Assembly: GCF_001194135.2 (NCBI RefSeq)
Contig: NC_068992.1
Location: 21,730,029 to 21,773,402, forward strand
DNA length: 43,374 nucleotides
DNA from: Octopus bimaculoides
Lineage: Eukaryota
Reading direction: 5' to 3'
The position numbers and the translations under genes are program-made. The notes under the pieces were generated by a model. That model worked only from the letters and a program-made list of their open reading frames with translations, did no database searches and had not been told where the DNA came from. This document shows, piece by piece, positions 1-14,370 of the stretch (its first letter is position 1; each line of letters opens with the position of its first letter).

Positions 1-183
1 CACAAAATGTGATCTATTTTTAGCGCATTAATTGTCAACGTTAGTGGTCGACGTTATTTTTAAAATGTACCTTAATCCCCTGAGATTGCAGATAATATTT
101 CTGAATCTCTTTGATTCTTTAAATGTGCTGGCCCCCTGATAATTAATCGATATTAATTAATATATTAATATATGACTAATTAC

Positions 184-392
184 CAGATCTTATAATATAT
201 ATATAGATATATATATATATATATATATACATACATTCATACACACATATACATACACACATATATACATACATACAAAAACATACACACACACACATGT
301 ACATATACACATATACATGTATATAGTACACACACACATACAGTAAAGACAAACACACACATACACATACATATATACACACACTTATATAC
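184..392. repeat. Compound (TA)n/(CA)n/(TACA)n microsatellite; similar tracts at 7853-8036, 10909-11135, 22018-22057, 26131-26275 and 39481-39525
   Basis: Direct reading. These tracts generate the Y/I/C/V-rich spurious ORFs in the track. Confidence 0.95.
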
Positions 393-1028
393 ATTACTTA
401 GCATTATAAAACAATACTCATTTTTTTTTTGTTGTTTTGGCTTTCAATACATAAGCATTCCACTAGTGAATTTAAATTTTCATTTCACAACATTCTCACT
501 TTTGTACATTACTTCAATAAATACCATTCTAACACTAAAACAGGTGAAGTTCAATTTTTTAAAACTCTTTTGGTATTTCAAGACAGTAAAAATTACTTTA
601 GTTTTAAAGCTTCTGTCAATTTAGCACAATAAAAATCCTCAGATTTTAGAATTTCTTGTCTATTTTAAGCTTTTATTTCTTCAAAGAAAATCTTGAGGTC
701 TTTCAATTTAAAAATATGTTTATTTAAAACATACATACTTCAGATAAATTATAATTATGAATCTAAATTACTTTATTTTATATTTTTAACACTATTATCT
801 CAACGATGGGTTTATACATTCCAGCCACATTTTGTTAAACTATATAACATTTTAATTATAATTCTGAGGATATGAAAAGAAATTTCTAAACGAATTTTTT
901 TTTTTTATTTTGTTTTTTTTTCTTTTTTCTTTTCTTGGTTGTTTTTCTTAATTTAAATAAAATCTTACAGTTTCATACACTCTTCTTCAGAACTGATCAC
1001 ATTTTTATGACTTAGAAACTGTCTCATA

Positions 1029-1529
1029 CAAGATCTGATTAGAAACTATCACAATTGTTGCTATGGTAACGGCGCTAAAGTACGCACATTGAAGCCACTC
1101 GGCCCAGATTGACCTTCAGCTCTGGTGTGAATGCACACCAAGTTATAACATTTTCATCCACTTCTGTCCTTTATAACAGTACTTGGAAGTAAAGTGTGCA
1201 GAGAATGATCATCTCATGCCACTCACGCTACGTGCATAGAAAGAGACACGGCTTGAAGGTTATTTCAGCCAAGAATCTTTCCAAAAATCAAATCCTGCTT
1301 CAAATGAACTAGATTTCGAAATGTCGAGGAAGTCCGAGAGAATGCCACATGGCAGCTGCTCGCTATCCCAAAAAAGGTGTTCCAGGAATGCTTCCATCAA
1401 TGGAAACTATGTTGGATAAAGTATATGGTTTCAGAAGGGACTAATCCAAAGGAGATTAAATGCTGAATCGATATGTGTTGTAGTTTTCTTCTTGCAGCTC
1501 CAGTCCCGACATATTTTGACCAGACCTTG
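1029..1529 (+). mobile_element. Internally deleted mariner element with TA TSD
   Basis: Imperfect TIRs CAAGATCTGATTAGAA / TTTTGACCAGACCTTG, TA on both sides. Decayed transposase C-terminus RFRNVEEVRENATWQLLAIPKKVFQECFHQWK at about 1310-1410. Confidence 0.75.
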
Positions 1530-1577
1530 TATACTTTGTAAGATTAAGAGCAATTTTGTGATTCACTAAGGTGGGGG

Positions 1578-1676
1578 GAGGGACAAAGTTAACCACAAAC
1601 AAGAGGGACAAAGTTAACCACAAACAAGAGGGACAAAGTTAGCCTCAAACCAGAGGGACAAAGTTAGCCGCCAACC
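1578..1676. repeat. 25-bp minisatellite, about 4 copies
   Basis: Unit GAGGGACAAAGTTAACCACAAACAA starting at 1578, 1603, 1628 and 1653. Confidence 0.9.
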
Positions 1677-1784
1677 ACTCCCGGAGTGTTGCTTAATAAT
1701 AAAAAAAAACAGAGTGGAAACAATAATAGAGACAACAGAAGAGGTTGTAAGAAATGTAGAGGGACCAACAGTATTGGTAAGAAG

Positions 1785-1930
1785 TGGAGTGGCAAAACAG
1801 TGGTAATTGGAGTGGCAAAACAGTGGTAACTGGAGTGGCAAAACAGTGGTAACTGGAGTGGCAAAACAGTGGTAACTGGAGTGGCAAAACAGTGGTAACT
1901 GGAGTGGCAAAACAGTGGTAACTGGAGTGG
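1785..1930. repeat. 23-bp minisatellite, 6.3 copies
   Basis: Unit TGGAGTGGCAAAACAGTGGTAAC, near-perfect. Confidence 0.95.
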
Positions 1931-2102
1931 AGTTGAAAACAACAAGTTAGACAGAAATATGAACAAATGACATTGAAAGAGAAATTAAAATTAAATCAAA
2001 AATTAATTAATGTGATGATTGGCATTCGCAACATAAATACATCACCACCACCACCACCCCACAGAGATTGTTAACACAAAATAATGTAGGTGTTATACAT
2101 AC

Positions 2103-2182
2103 CCAACAATTCTGCCACCACATTCTTTGTCGAAGGTTGACAGCACGAGATCTGAATAGGTCTGAATTGGTGACAAGGTCAT
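2103..2182 (-). CDS. VAMP4: VAMP4 coding exon 5 (DDLVTNSDLFRSRAVNLRQRMWWQNCW); gene continues left of the window
   Basis: Acceptor attttacAG, donor TGG|GTATGT, 80 nt, phase 1 to 0. Contains the juxtamembrane MWW..C motif typical of VAMPs. No convincing TM exon was found in 1-2102. Confidence 0.93.
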
Positions 2183-2659
2183 CTGTAAAATATAGTAAAA
2201 ATAATAATAATAATAATGGTTTCAAATTATACCACAAGGGCAGTAATTTTGGAGGAGGGGGTGAGTCAATTGCATGAACCCCAGTGTTCAACTGGTACTT
2301 ATTTTATCGACCCTGAAAGGTTAAAAGGCAAAGTCGACCTCGGCAGAATTTGAACTCAGAACATAAAGACAGACAAAATGCTGCCTAGTAGTTTGCCTGG
2401 TGTGCTAACGATTAAGCCATTTCACCACCTTAATGATAATAATAATAATAATCCTTTCTACTGGAAGCACAAGGCTTCAAATTTGCAGGGGAAGCAATTA
2501 AGATGATTACATCGACCCCAACACTCAACTGGTACTTAATTTATTGACCTCGAAAGGATGAAAGGCAAAGTCGACCTCAGCAGAATTTGAACTCAGAACA
2601 TAAAGATGGCCAAAATGCTGCCAAGCACTTTTCCCAGTGTGCTAACGATTTGGCCAGCT

Positions 2660-2691
<32 letters not shown>

Positions 2692-3341
2692 GAAAAAGGG
2701 TTTCAAATCTTGGCACAAAGGCAGTAATTTTGGGGAAGGGAATAAGTCAATTACATAGACCCAGTATACATCTGGTACTTATTTTATTGACCCTGAGAGG
2801 ATGAAAGGCAATGTCGACATCAGCTGAATTTAAACTCAGAAGATAGACACAATGCTGCCAAGCATTTGGTCTGTCTTCACTGCCAGGAAGGGGAGCTACT
2901 AGGGAGCTGATGGCCTTAGGGATAGAGGTTTTGTGATGAATTAGATTGAAAGGGCTGAAGACAGATACTTTCCTCTTTGGCCAAACCCTCATCAACTTTC
3001 TCAAGTTTCACTTGAAAAGGAAAGTGAAAGTAGAGAGGGAAATGCTGCCTCCCAGCAATTTTGTAGAAGGGTGAGTGAATGCAGCAAGAATGGTCCAAGA
3101 GAATGGCCTACTTTAAACATGAGCCTGTAAGCAAAATGGAGAAATCACAGCCCTTGTGGCTTTGTGATGTTTCCACAAGCAACCCTAGTAAGTCTCCCAC
3201 TTTTGGGGAATTATTCATTGGTAAAATTTATATCATTATTGTATTTTTTTTTAACTTTTTACATGTCTTTCATGTAACCTCAAATTGTATGTCCTGTACC
3301 ATCCCCAATGTTTTTTGTGACCCTTAGAGGTTAACAAAGAA

Positions 3342-3382
<41 letters not shown>

Positions 3383-5107
3383 GTGGTGAGCAGGCAGAAT
3401 CATTAGCACGTTGGGCGAAATGCTTAGTAGCATTTCTTCTGTCTTCACATTCTGGGTTCAAATTCCACTGAGGTCAACTTTGCTTTCATCCTTTCAAGGT
3501 CGATAAATTAAGTACCAGTGAAACACTGGGGTCAATGTAATTGACAAGTCCCCTCCTGCAAAATTTCAGGCCTTGTGCCTTTAGTAGAAAGTATTATTAT
3601 TATTATTGCTGTTGTTGTTATTATTATTATCCAAGGCAGTGAGCTACACCAGGCAAAATGCTTAGCAGTATTTCACCCATCAACTTTCTCAAGTTCTGAG
3701 TTCAAATTCTACCGTGGTCAACTTTGCCTTTCAAGGTCAATAAATTAAATACCAGTCAAATACAAGGGTCAATGTAATCAACTCAGCTCTTCCCAATCAA
3801 ATTTCAGACCCTGTGCCCATATTAGAAAAAAAATTAATTTTATTATTATCATCATCATCATCATCTCTAAATTTGTGTCCTTGTGCCTCTGTAATAAAAG
3901 TCACTAATTAGAGAGAGAGAGAGCCTGATGGGGTCATATCGACAGGTAACCAATCAGATGTCCAGCTAAAAGGGAGATGCTGGTTCATTTTTTTTTTATC
4001 AATTATTGTTCTAACTTGAAGAATGAACTTAGAAACACCTTAACAGTTGCTGTTATTGTTCATTTTTATTTTATTTTTTCTTTCTCTCTCTAACCTTGTG
4101 TGACTGTCATTTGTGGAGGAAGATGTTTGGAAATATTGTTGATTTCATTTGGCACTTCTTTATTAATTCGGTTCATCATACCTTGTTAATTAGTTTGCTA
4201 TTTCCACATTAATTAATTTGTTTAAGAAAGAAGCAAGATGTTCTCTTTTTTTTTTCATCTTATTTTTCCTCCGTTTTTTGTTTTTTTTTTGTGCTAAACA
4301 CAATGTCAAATAATAATAATAATAATAATAATAATGTTTCGTTATTCAAGTAAAATGAAAAGAAAAAAGAATAAAAGAAAATGGTGCTGTGGGGTGAGGG
4401 GGGGATGAGGGGGAGGGAGAAGAGGAGGGTGAATGTGAGTTGAAGTTAGTTGGAGAGACAAATTATAGATTGCAACATTCTGTACATTTCCCAGGATTAT
4501 TAGAAGTATGCTTGCAAGTGTGCAGATGCACATATAAGTGGTAACAGTAAATGCGCAGCTCACTAATGTTGTTGTTGCTTAGCCCCGGGTAACTGTGATG
4601 GAGCTTATGTCCTAGCTGGATGCATCACATGAGTCTTACTAAATTAATGGTCCTAATTACACGACATTGGGTCAAGATGACTTTCCATCATAGACGTTCC
4701 AGCATTGGGCTATACTACACAATTTGTCCTTCGTTACTTTTTTTTTTTTTCTATACTGATAGTAAGATGTGATTTTAGAGCGATTAATTAGGCTGCTATT
4801 TCTAGCAGGTTGCATGACCACAGAGAAGGTCTGTTGTTGCTGCTATCATTTAGTCCACCCAGGAAGCCATGGGTCAGTGGTTTTCATTGCTTAACCCTAA
4901 ATCAGCTTTGATCTAGCAGATTTGTGACCAAAACCACTCAAGACATGACAGTTCTCTCCTCTGCAGGGTAGAAAGCACAGAGTATCTAGGACTACATTAG
5001 TTTATGTGTCTATTTTTGTTTTTTAGGGTTATTTTTTTAAGACAGTCAGGTGTGATCTGAGGGCTATTTTACTATTATTAATTATAGGAAGTTATGGGAC
5101 CATGTGT

Positions 5108-5428
5108 GGAGGTGCGTGGCTTAGTGGTTAGGGTGTCAGCATCATGATCGTAAGATTGTGGTTTCGATTCCTGGACCGGGCGACGCGTTGTGTTCTTGAG
5201 CCAAGCACTTCATTTCATGTTGCTCCAGTCCACTCAGCTGGCAAAAATGAGTAACGCTNNNNNNNNNNAGCCAAGCACTTCATTTCATGTTGCTCCAGTC
5301 CACTCAGCTGGCAAAAATGAGTAACGCTGCGATGGACTGGCGTCCCGTCCAGCTGGGGAACACATATGCCATAGAAACTGGGAAACCGGGCCCATGAGCC
5401 TGGCTAGGCTTTGAAAGGGCACATTTAT
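5108..5428 (+). mobile_element. tRNA-derived SINE (fourth family), split by a small gap with artefactual duplication
   Basis: TGGCTTAGTGG and GTTTCGATTCC boxes, body GCGATGGACTGGCGTCCCGTCCAG. Related minus-strand copies at about 8780-9095 and 21470-21637. Confidence 0.7.
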
Positions 5429-7411
5429 ATTATAAGGGACCATGTACAGCAGCAGTTCCCAACTTTGTATCTACACACCCTTAGGAGGGTCCACAAGAGT
5501 AATACACAGAAGGTAGGGGCAGTGAGCTGGGTTGAAAATTTTAAAAGGTTGCACTATAAATTATCGTCATCAGTTGGGGTCTGAACAGCTCCCTGCTAGC
5601 CAATTCCATGTCAAACCGTCCAACCCATGCCAACATGGAGAGCAGAAGTTAAACAATGATGATGATTATCATCATTTTAACATCTGCTTTTCCATGCTTG
5701 TTTGGGCCAGACAGAGTTTATTGAGGCAGATTTTCCATGGCTGGGGGACCTTCTCGTCACTTTTTCTCTTGATCCTAGACCTATTTCCAAGCAAAGTAAT
5801 ATTTCTTGTGCCTGACATGTCAGACAAAATGCTAAGCAGCATTTCGTTCATTGTGTCGAGGTCAACTTTGACATTCATCCCTTTCGGGGTCGATAGAATA
5901 AGAACCAGATGAGTGCTGGAGTCGATGTAGGTGACTTAGTCCCTACCCCAAAATTGCCAGCCTTGTGTCAAAATTTCAAACCAATACTTCTCATGCCCAA
6001 AGGTTTTCACAGGATTTGGCAACTGAATGACATTCATTTCCAATAATCAAATCACATATCATCAAGTCAACGAGCTACAAACGCACACAAATCATCATAA
6101 TCTTCATTTAACATCCATGTTCCATGCCAGCATGCGTGAGATGGTACCACAAGAGCCAGCCAGGCCGAAGCCTACACCAGACTTCTGTGACTGTTTTGGC
6201 AGGATTTTTACTGCTGGATGCCCTTCCTAACACCAACCACTCAGCAGAGTGAACTTAGTGTTCATTATGTGGCACAAGTACCAGGTGAGGTGAGTGGTGC
6301 TTTTTAAGTGGCACAACCACAGGTGAGGTCAGTTTTGACAAGGTTTTTACAGCTGTGTGCCCTTCCAAACACTAACTACTTTACAGTGTGGACTGGGTGC
6401 TTTTAAGTGGCACCTGCACTGACAGGGTCACCAAGGACTGGCAAGACAAAAAATTTTAAGGGTGGAGGAGCCATTGGAGGAGGTGATGATGAAAAGGTTA
6501 TAGTGAGACAGATACAGGTGTCTTGATGTAGAGGAAGTACAAGGTTATTTTTTTTATTACCTCTGCCTTAGCGAAAGGCAGAGGCATTGTTTTCAGTCCT
6601 GCTTGTTCGTTTGTCTGTGGACAAGATATCTCAAAGACTGCTGGACGGATTCGGATGAATCTTGCAGGGATGTTTGGCCTCATGACTGGCATGAACTGAT
6701 TACACACGCGCAATGGGCCACTTTCAGTTACCGTTTGCCAAATCCACTCACAAGGCTTCCATCAGCCTGAGGCCACAGTAGAAGACACTTGCCCAAGGTG
6801 CCATGCAGTGGGACTGAACCCAGAACCATGTGGCAGGAAAGCAAGCTTCTTACCACACAGCCACACCTGCATGTGTATGACCAGCATAAGAAAAACAAGT
6901 CAAGTGATTCCATTGTTGGTTGCCTTTGTGCCATAGGTCTCTTTAACCTTTTCGAAGCTGCATTTCTAAAGAAACACATTGACAGGGTACTTCAGTTATT
7001 TCAAAATAATCAAGAATTTCAAAGAACAAACTTAAATAGTATGCGTTTTTAATTATTAAATGCCAGTGTCTGGCAGTAACTCGACAAAAAGTTTCTTACA
7101 TAAATCTATAATATAAGATTTTAATTTAAATATGAATACTTCTAAATGGGTAATTTTATCTGAAGACACCAGAGATGGGCTAAGGCAAGTTGGCATCAAA
7201 GAGGTTAAGCATAACTGTTCTCCAGGCTGACTAAAACAACAGCAGTGCTTTTGACGAGCTAGTTTATCAACACCAATATGACAAAGGAAGCAAACGTATG
7301 CTGATATTTTCTTAATTTTTTATGTGATTTAAATTAATATTTTTTTTTCTAAATAATTATTTTTCCTTCTCTCTTTTTGCCAACATTATTTTTCTTTAAG
7401 AGAGAAGAAGC

Positions 7412-7497
7412 ATCAAAACTGTATCATTCCAGAAAAAAGCAAAAAATATATCAAAACTGTATCATTCCAGAAAAAAGCAAAAAATATATCAAAACTG
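7412..7497. repeat. 38-bp tandem duplication
   Basis: ATCAAAACTGTATCATTCCAGAAAAAAGCAAAAAATAT twice plus a partial third copy. Confidence 0.9.
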
Positions 7498-7852
7498 ATT
7501 TTCAGTTTTGGTAAAAGATGGTGGGGGGGAAAATGTTTATTAAACAAACTTGGAAGACAGATGTGAGATGAGTGATTGGTAAGGAGACGGAGAAAGGTAA
7601 GGGGTAAATCTAAATGAAATTTCCTGAATAATAGATAAAGAATATACTGTTTAAATGCAAGAATGGTGGCGCCAATATTTGATGCAGTGACAGCAGTAAA
7701 AGTTTTAAGTATTCACAAAAATTATTGTTGATGGTGCTTTTGTTTTCCAGACCAAAATTATTATATTTATGTTTTTTTGTAATTCTTTTCTATAGAAGAA
7801 ATCTACTGTATTTATTATTTACATAACAAACAAAATTAATGTAATGAAGAAC

Positions 7853-7894
<42 letters not shown>

Positions 7895-9100
7895 TACATA
7901 AATATATACATACATGCATAAAATACATATCCACACTTGTGTGTGTATGTATATACAAATACACACACACACACATATATATATATATACATACAACATC
8001 TACCACTCAAAATGTACGTGTGTGTGTGTGTGTGTTAGGAAGGGCATCCAGCTGTAGAAACCTTACCAAATCAGATTGGAGCCTGGTGCAGCCAGTTCTC
8101 AGTCAAACCATTCAGCCCATGCTAGCATGGAAAGCAAATGTTAAACAACGATGATGATGGTTCACTTAATGTCTAGCTAACATGACTTAGAAGGAAAGTT
8201 ATTTAAAGCAGGATTTCTTCAAACTGCATACTCTACCTTTTACCAACCATTACCTATTTCTCAAGTAGGGAATTTTTTTGTTCCAGGAAAATTTGAAAGT
8301 AAAGAAATAGCAGACAATTTGTCAGCAGGAAATGTTCAGCTCAGCTACAAATATCTTCATAAGTACTTGTAGCCATAGCTCACAAGAGACGTGTGTATTT
8401 GTATATGGTCCAAATGTACAGAAAACAGAAGAGAGACACGGTTGAAAGAACAACAAGTAGGTGTATTAGTTTGTCACTTGGGAAAAATGAAGTCTTTGAT
8501 GTTTCAAACCTATGCTCTTTAACAGAAAGAAATGAGAGGAGAAAAAATGGAGAGAGAGAGAGAGAAAGAAAAAAACAGGGAGGGAGAGAAAGAAAATGTA
8601 TCAGGATTAAAGGATTCACATGTTGAAATGACCGGTTAAACTGGGGCCCACAAGTGCACATGTGAGGACATGGAGGGGCAGTGTGTGTATATGTGGCAAG
8701 CATAAGATTATGTGAGCCTGTGTGTGTAACAAAAATACAGACACACACATTCATATATACAAAAGTAAAAAGCAAAGACACCCTTCAGTCATAGATGACC
8801 ATGGGATTGCACCTAGAAAGTTATCCTCCAAAGCACAAGTCCAAGCAAGATTGTTTATGGAAGGCTAGCAGTCGCCCATGCATACCAGAGTCCCCTTTCC
8901 ACATTACTGATGTTATCCAAGGGAAAGGCAAAGACCACTTCAGCTTGGCACCAGTGATGTCACAACTCATTTCCACAGCTGAGTGAACTGGAGCAGCATG
9001 TCTTGTTCAAGAACACAACACATGGCCCATTCTAGGAATTGAACTCACTACCTCATGATTGTGAGCCCAACACTCTAACCACTGAGTGATGCACTTCCAC

Positions 9101-9140
<40 letters not shown>

Positions 9141-9216
9141 CATGCTCAGCTTGATCTCCAGTAGCAAAAGGACTTAGTCTGACATAAACAGAGCAGAAAA
9201 CAATAATGGTCTAGGT

Positions 9217-9575
9217 CAGTGGTCCTCAACTGGGTTCCATACAGCCCTTGAAGGTCCATATAAGATTTTGGGCAGGGTTGGGGGTCCATGCAACAAAATA
9301 AATTGGGAATCCCCAATAGAATTTTAAGGGCTCCTGAAAAAATTTTGCTGTAGATGTATGTATTGGTATTTATTGCAAGAAACAGCTGGTTTCTTTCTCT
9401 AACATTTTACACAGCTCAACCTACACAAGTGAATGTTTGTAAAACAAAATAAGAATTTTGAAAGAAGTTTCTATAAAAGTAGTTTTTACACATAGCTTGA
9501 CTAAGAGGGTCCACCAGAATAAAAATAGTAATCAAAGGGGTCTAGATGAAAAAAAATATAGTTTGAGAAGCCCTA
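9217..9575. mobile_element. hAT-type MITE (older)
   Basis: Degenerate TIR CAGTGGTCCTCAACT / AGTTTGAGAAGCCCTA. 8-bp TSD GTCTAGGT / GTGTAGGT (7 of 8 match). Confidence 0.7.
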
Positions 9576-10905
9576 GTGTAGGTAATTTGCATCATCATAT
9601 AAGCAAGATTGTATGACATTTCCAGTCTTCTGTGAAGAACTGGTCTGGATGTGAGGATATATTACTCGGGGTGGAAACGAGTGAGGGATAGTGACAGGAA
9701 GGACACCCAGCCATAGAAAATCCACCTCAAATTTTGTCTGACCCATGCGAGCATGGAAAAGCAGATGTTAAAATGATGACGATTCACATTTGTAAATATT
9801 TGTTTGCTGGGCTTCACGGAAGCAAAATGGTTGAGTACCTTTTGAGTGTTGGACCTGACGGAGGTAAAGTGGCTGAGTTCCTTTCGAGTGTTGGGCCCCA
9901 CAGGTGAAAGGTGGCTGAGTTCCTTTCAAGTGGGCCTCACGGAGGTGAGGTGACCAAGCTTCTTTCAAGTGTTGGGCCTCACGGAGACAATGACCATGCT
10001 TGAGAAGAAGACCCATTAAGCCAAGCAAAATCGCTGTCGCGGCAGATACCAGTGTCACACAAATGGCACCCAAGCCGGTGGCACGTAAAAGCACCCATTA
10101 CACTATCGGAGTGGTTGGCATTAGGAAGAGCATCCAGCCATAGAAATCCATGCCAAATCAGACTGGAGTCTGATACAGCCTTCCAACATGCCAGCCCAGT
10201 CAAACTGTCCAACCCATGCCGGCATGGACAACGGATGTTAAATGATGATGACGATAATAACCAGTGCAAATAAACAGACATATACCACAATGTTTGTCTT
10301 TTACACTTAAATGCTATGAAGTCTTAACCACCCTTGCCATTGTTGGCAATCTTTGCCACTGTCAACTGGAAATTCTTCAGTTGTTGTTTGCTTTCAAGAA
10401 ACATTTGATAGGTGGTTAAATCCGTTAATCTATCACATTGTCAAATAGCAGGAAAATTTGTTTTAGTGACATTAATAATACTATGGTTTTGTGGAATATT
10501 GGTCACTACAAAAAGGTATGACATCTTGGACAGGTATTCTTTGTCTTAGTTTGCTTAAAGTTGTTCTACAGGTATTTATTTTGTAGGGCCAATTCCATCT
10601 TATGTAAGGGTAGAGATTTCCGTTTGAGTAGATAGGCCTTGAGTGTGGTGTGTTATTCTTCATTGAGGTATATATATATACATATATATATATGTAAGCA
10701 CAATAAAAGGTTACAAACCTCATTCAGGGATAGCAAAATCCTATGAAAGTACTGGTTAATTACCTGTACAAAGGGTATTGAACATCATGTTTAATACTCA
10801 ACTGCAAGGCAACTATATAAACCGTGGTTTATATATATTTTATCTATTATGAGAGAATAGAAAGGTAATTAATAATTACTTATTAATCAAAAAATTCACA
10901 AACAT

Positions 10906-10988
<83 letters not shown>

Positions 10989-13900
10989 TATATACACATC
11001 TATATATACACAAGAACATACTTTTATATTTTTATATATATACACACACACACACATACGTACATACACAACAAAACTTATGTGTGTGTGTGTGTGTGCA
11101 TATGCATGGATGTATGTGTGTGTGTGTGCATGCATGTGATTCATGTGTTTTTATGTTTACACCAATTGAATGATGGCATTCTTTGTTTACGTCCTGTAAC
11201 TTAGTGGCTAAATAGAGAGATCGAAAAGATATTTTCAGGCTTAACAATAAGTACAGCGGTCGATATGATCAACTAAATCCCTTCAAGGTGGCACTCCAGC
11301 ATGGCCACTGCCCAATGACTGAAACACATAATAAAAAAATCACCAATCTCTCACATACACACACAAACACACACACGCACGCATGCAGACATATGCACAG
11401 ATGTCTGTGTGTATCTACAGAAGCAAAACACACACATACTGTTTTGACTACATCAGTGATGAAATTGTAGATAAATCATCCGAGATTAGATGTGAGACAG
11501 CAAGGAACATATGAAATATGTATTTGCTTCTCAACATGACAAATGTGAATACATAAATAACAGATTTGTCTTACATATGTGTAATTTGCTTGTTGCCATT
11601 AGAGAAGTTATGCTGGTACATATTGTAGAGAATCAATTCAGTTCTCTGCATTGCCATTTCTGTACGGAACCATAGGACTAAGGTGAATTTTTCCCTTTGT
11701 TCGTCCTGTGATCTTTACAACTGAATGTAGTCTCACTATGGAAACAGGTTTTGCAGATGGTTGGGGTATGGTTGATGAGATTATCATCATTATCGTCATT
11801 AACATGATTTACTGTTATCTACAGAGGATATAAAGACAACTGACTGGTTGTGAATTTTAACTCTTTTCATAGCAACCGACTTCAGATCGCCCTGGATCTG
11901 TAACAAATTTCATGTTTTAAAGTGATCTAAATTTAATCCTTTGACATTCACATTACTGTCAAATGTAATACTTATTTATTCACATTGTTTTCAATTAATC
12001 TTGCATTATCTTGAAACCATGAAATTTTGAAGAGGTAACTATTTTTAGAATGACATGGTAGGGTTGGTGTGAAACATCAGATCTGGCTGGTTTGAACATA
12101 AAACAGGTGGAATATTCTGGTTGGATATCATCATCATCATCGTCGTCGTTTAACATCCACTTTCCATGCTAGCATGGGTTGGACGATTTGACTGAGGACT
12201 GGTGGACCAGGAGGCAACACCAGGCTCCAATCTGATTTGGCAGAGTTTCTACAGCTGGATGTCCTTCCTAACGCCAACCACTCCGAGAGTGTAGTAGGTG
12301 AAAAAATATTTAGGATTTGTGTTCCAAATGTGATCACTAGATACATCAAAGTCCCTTTCCTTTTTGTCTTTAAATCATCCACAAGCTCAGGCACACTTTC
12401 AGCCATAAATTAAGAATTAAGACAGAGAACTAGCACTTATAACAGAGCTTACATAGAACCTCAGAGATTGGTTCCCTTGAGATCAGGTATTCATAGGCAA
12501 GCCACATTTACACAATATACCTCCACTGACAGTCCAGACGTTATCCTCAATAGCAAAGACAGCCATGTTAAAGGTGACATCTCAAGAATGAAGGATGCTC
12601 TCAGACTATGTTGCTTTGCATGACATTTATAATCTTCAGAGAAGACTTATGTTCACTGGATTTCAGCCACAAATCACTGGGAGATGAGAACTCATGACTT
12701 CAACCAGGCATGTGCAGTGAGTAATTACTCAGGGTAGGCAGTTGATGATGTTTATGTAGCAAAACACACAACAAAAATAAGCGAAACAACTGAGTTGGAA
12801 GCAGATTTACTTCTGCTTTTATAGCATGTAAAGAAAACATTGTTGTAGGAATGAACGCAGCACGTGTACTACAGCAGTCCTATGCGTAGTCTTAATACTG
12901 AGATTGAAAAGCAGGGGTGAATTCTGCCTACCTAATCTACAAAACAATAAAACATTTTGCATTTTATGCATAATAATCAGAGTAACCTTCATAATTTTAT
13001 TGAATTAGGGGCATATTTTGCTATAAAAGGAAAATATTACTATCAATCTATTTCATTCAGGGTAGACATGGTAGACTGGTGCTTTATGTATCGACCCCAG
13101 AAGGAGTGAAAAGTAAAATTCATATTTGCAATGTTTGAACTCAGAACAGAGAGAAACAGAACAAACACCACAAGGTATTTTGTCTGATGCTTAAATGACT
13201 CCCCTTAATTCACTGCTTTAGAAAAGTAACATCAATGGATTCAATAACAATTATATTTGGGAAACCTAGAAAATTCTTCAGTTTTAACGAACTACATTAT
13301 TATTGTATGAATTGCTATCACCACTTCAAATTAAACCTTTAGCATTCAAACTGGCCAGATCCAGCCCAAATATCCGACCTCTTTTATTTTTAAATCGGCC
13401 AGATCCAACCTCTCACACAAATCCTACAATGTCATTCTAAAATTTAAACAATCACATCATCAAAATCTTGACGTAAACAATGTGAATAAATAAGCTTTAC
13501 ATCTGATGGAGCAATCTGAATGCTAAAGGGTCAATTATGAACTGTTCATTATACATCTCAATCATCATTTTAATGTCTAACTTTCCATGCTTATGTGGAT
13601 CAGATGGAATTTGTTGAGGTGCATTTTTTACAGCCAGATGCCCTCTCTGTCATCAACCCTCACCTCTTTCCAAGCAAGATGATATTTTCCCATGGCCAGA
13701 CATGTTTCCACTGAAGACAGAAAAATGAAGGACACCACTTGCATGACAATGGCATTCCTTTACAACTATCACACGATACCAAAAGGAAGGACACACACAC
13801 ACACACACACACACGTTTATATATTGATCACCTTGACTGACCACATTATCAGGCATCATTTCAACACCGCTGGTCACAGCACGCCATCCATTCCTCTCTG

Positions 13901-14084
13901 GATCACGCCTTCCTCATCCACATAACTCCAAATGCTTGTAGCATTTCATCAACCCACTACTTTGGAAGCCTTTCCAGGTGGCCTCTTCCACTCATAGACG
14001 TACAACTATGGTGGTTTCTGTATCCTACTTAATGCAGATGTACTATAAGAATACCGTAGTACTGCAGTGTACATCCTGAGGTGT

Positions 14085-14370
14085 ATATAACAATATATAA
14101 AACAATATGGCAGGCATATAAAACATGGTGCTAGGTATATATAACAATGTCAGGTATGTATAACAAGGTGCTAGGTATATGTAACAATATGTCAGGTATA
14201 TAAAACAAGGTGCTAGGTATATATAACAATGTCAGGTATGTATAACAAAGTGCTAGGTATATATAACAATATGCTAGGTATGTATAATAATAACAACGTG
14301 ACAGGTATATATAATACTGTGCTAGATGTATATGATGAAATGCTTAATGTATCAGGTATATATAACAAGA
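14085..14370. repeat. Degenerate 19-23 bp minisatellite
   Basis: Alternating AACAAGGTGCTAGGTATATAT / AACAAT(AT)GTCAGGTATATAT units. Confidence 0.85.

Noticed and set aside
71-1030. Possible separate minus-strand gene: ATG at about 1027 with a donor at about 968, plus an exon-like segment 135-71
   Set aside because: The ATG overlaps the mariner TIR, the phases do not join without stops, and there is no recognisable protein. The segment 135-71 is not hydrophobic, so it is not the VAMP4 TM exon.
2007-2291. 94-aa minus-strand ORF as a complete protein, or an intron-retained TM isoform
   Set aside because: Only 2103-2182 is VAMP-like and it is bounded by canonical splice sites. The 5' part is SINE sequence and the read-through tail is too short and Cys/polar-rich for a convincing TM helix.
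5199-5328. 60-bp tandem duplication inside a SINE
   Set aside because: Identical copies directly flank a 10-N gap, which indicates an unmerged contig overlap.
12310-12760. Non-repetitive-looking stretches here and at 2900-3200 as possible exons or LINE RT remnants
   Set aside because: No open frame with clean splice sites and no motif I can identify with confidence. A tblastx or Dfam search would be needed.
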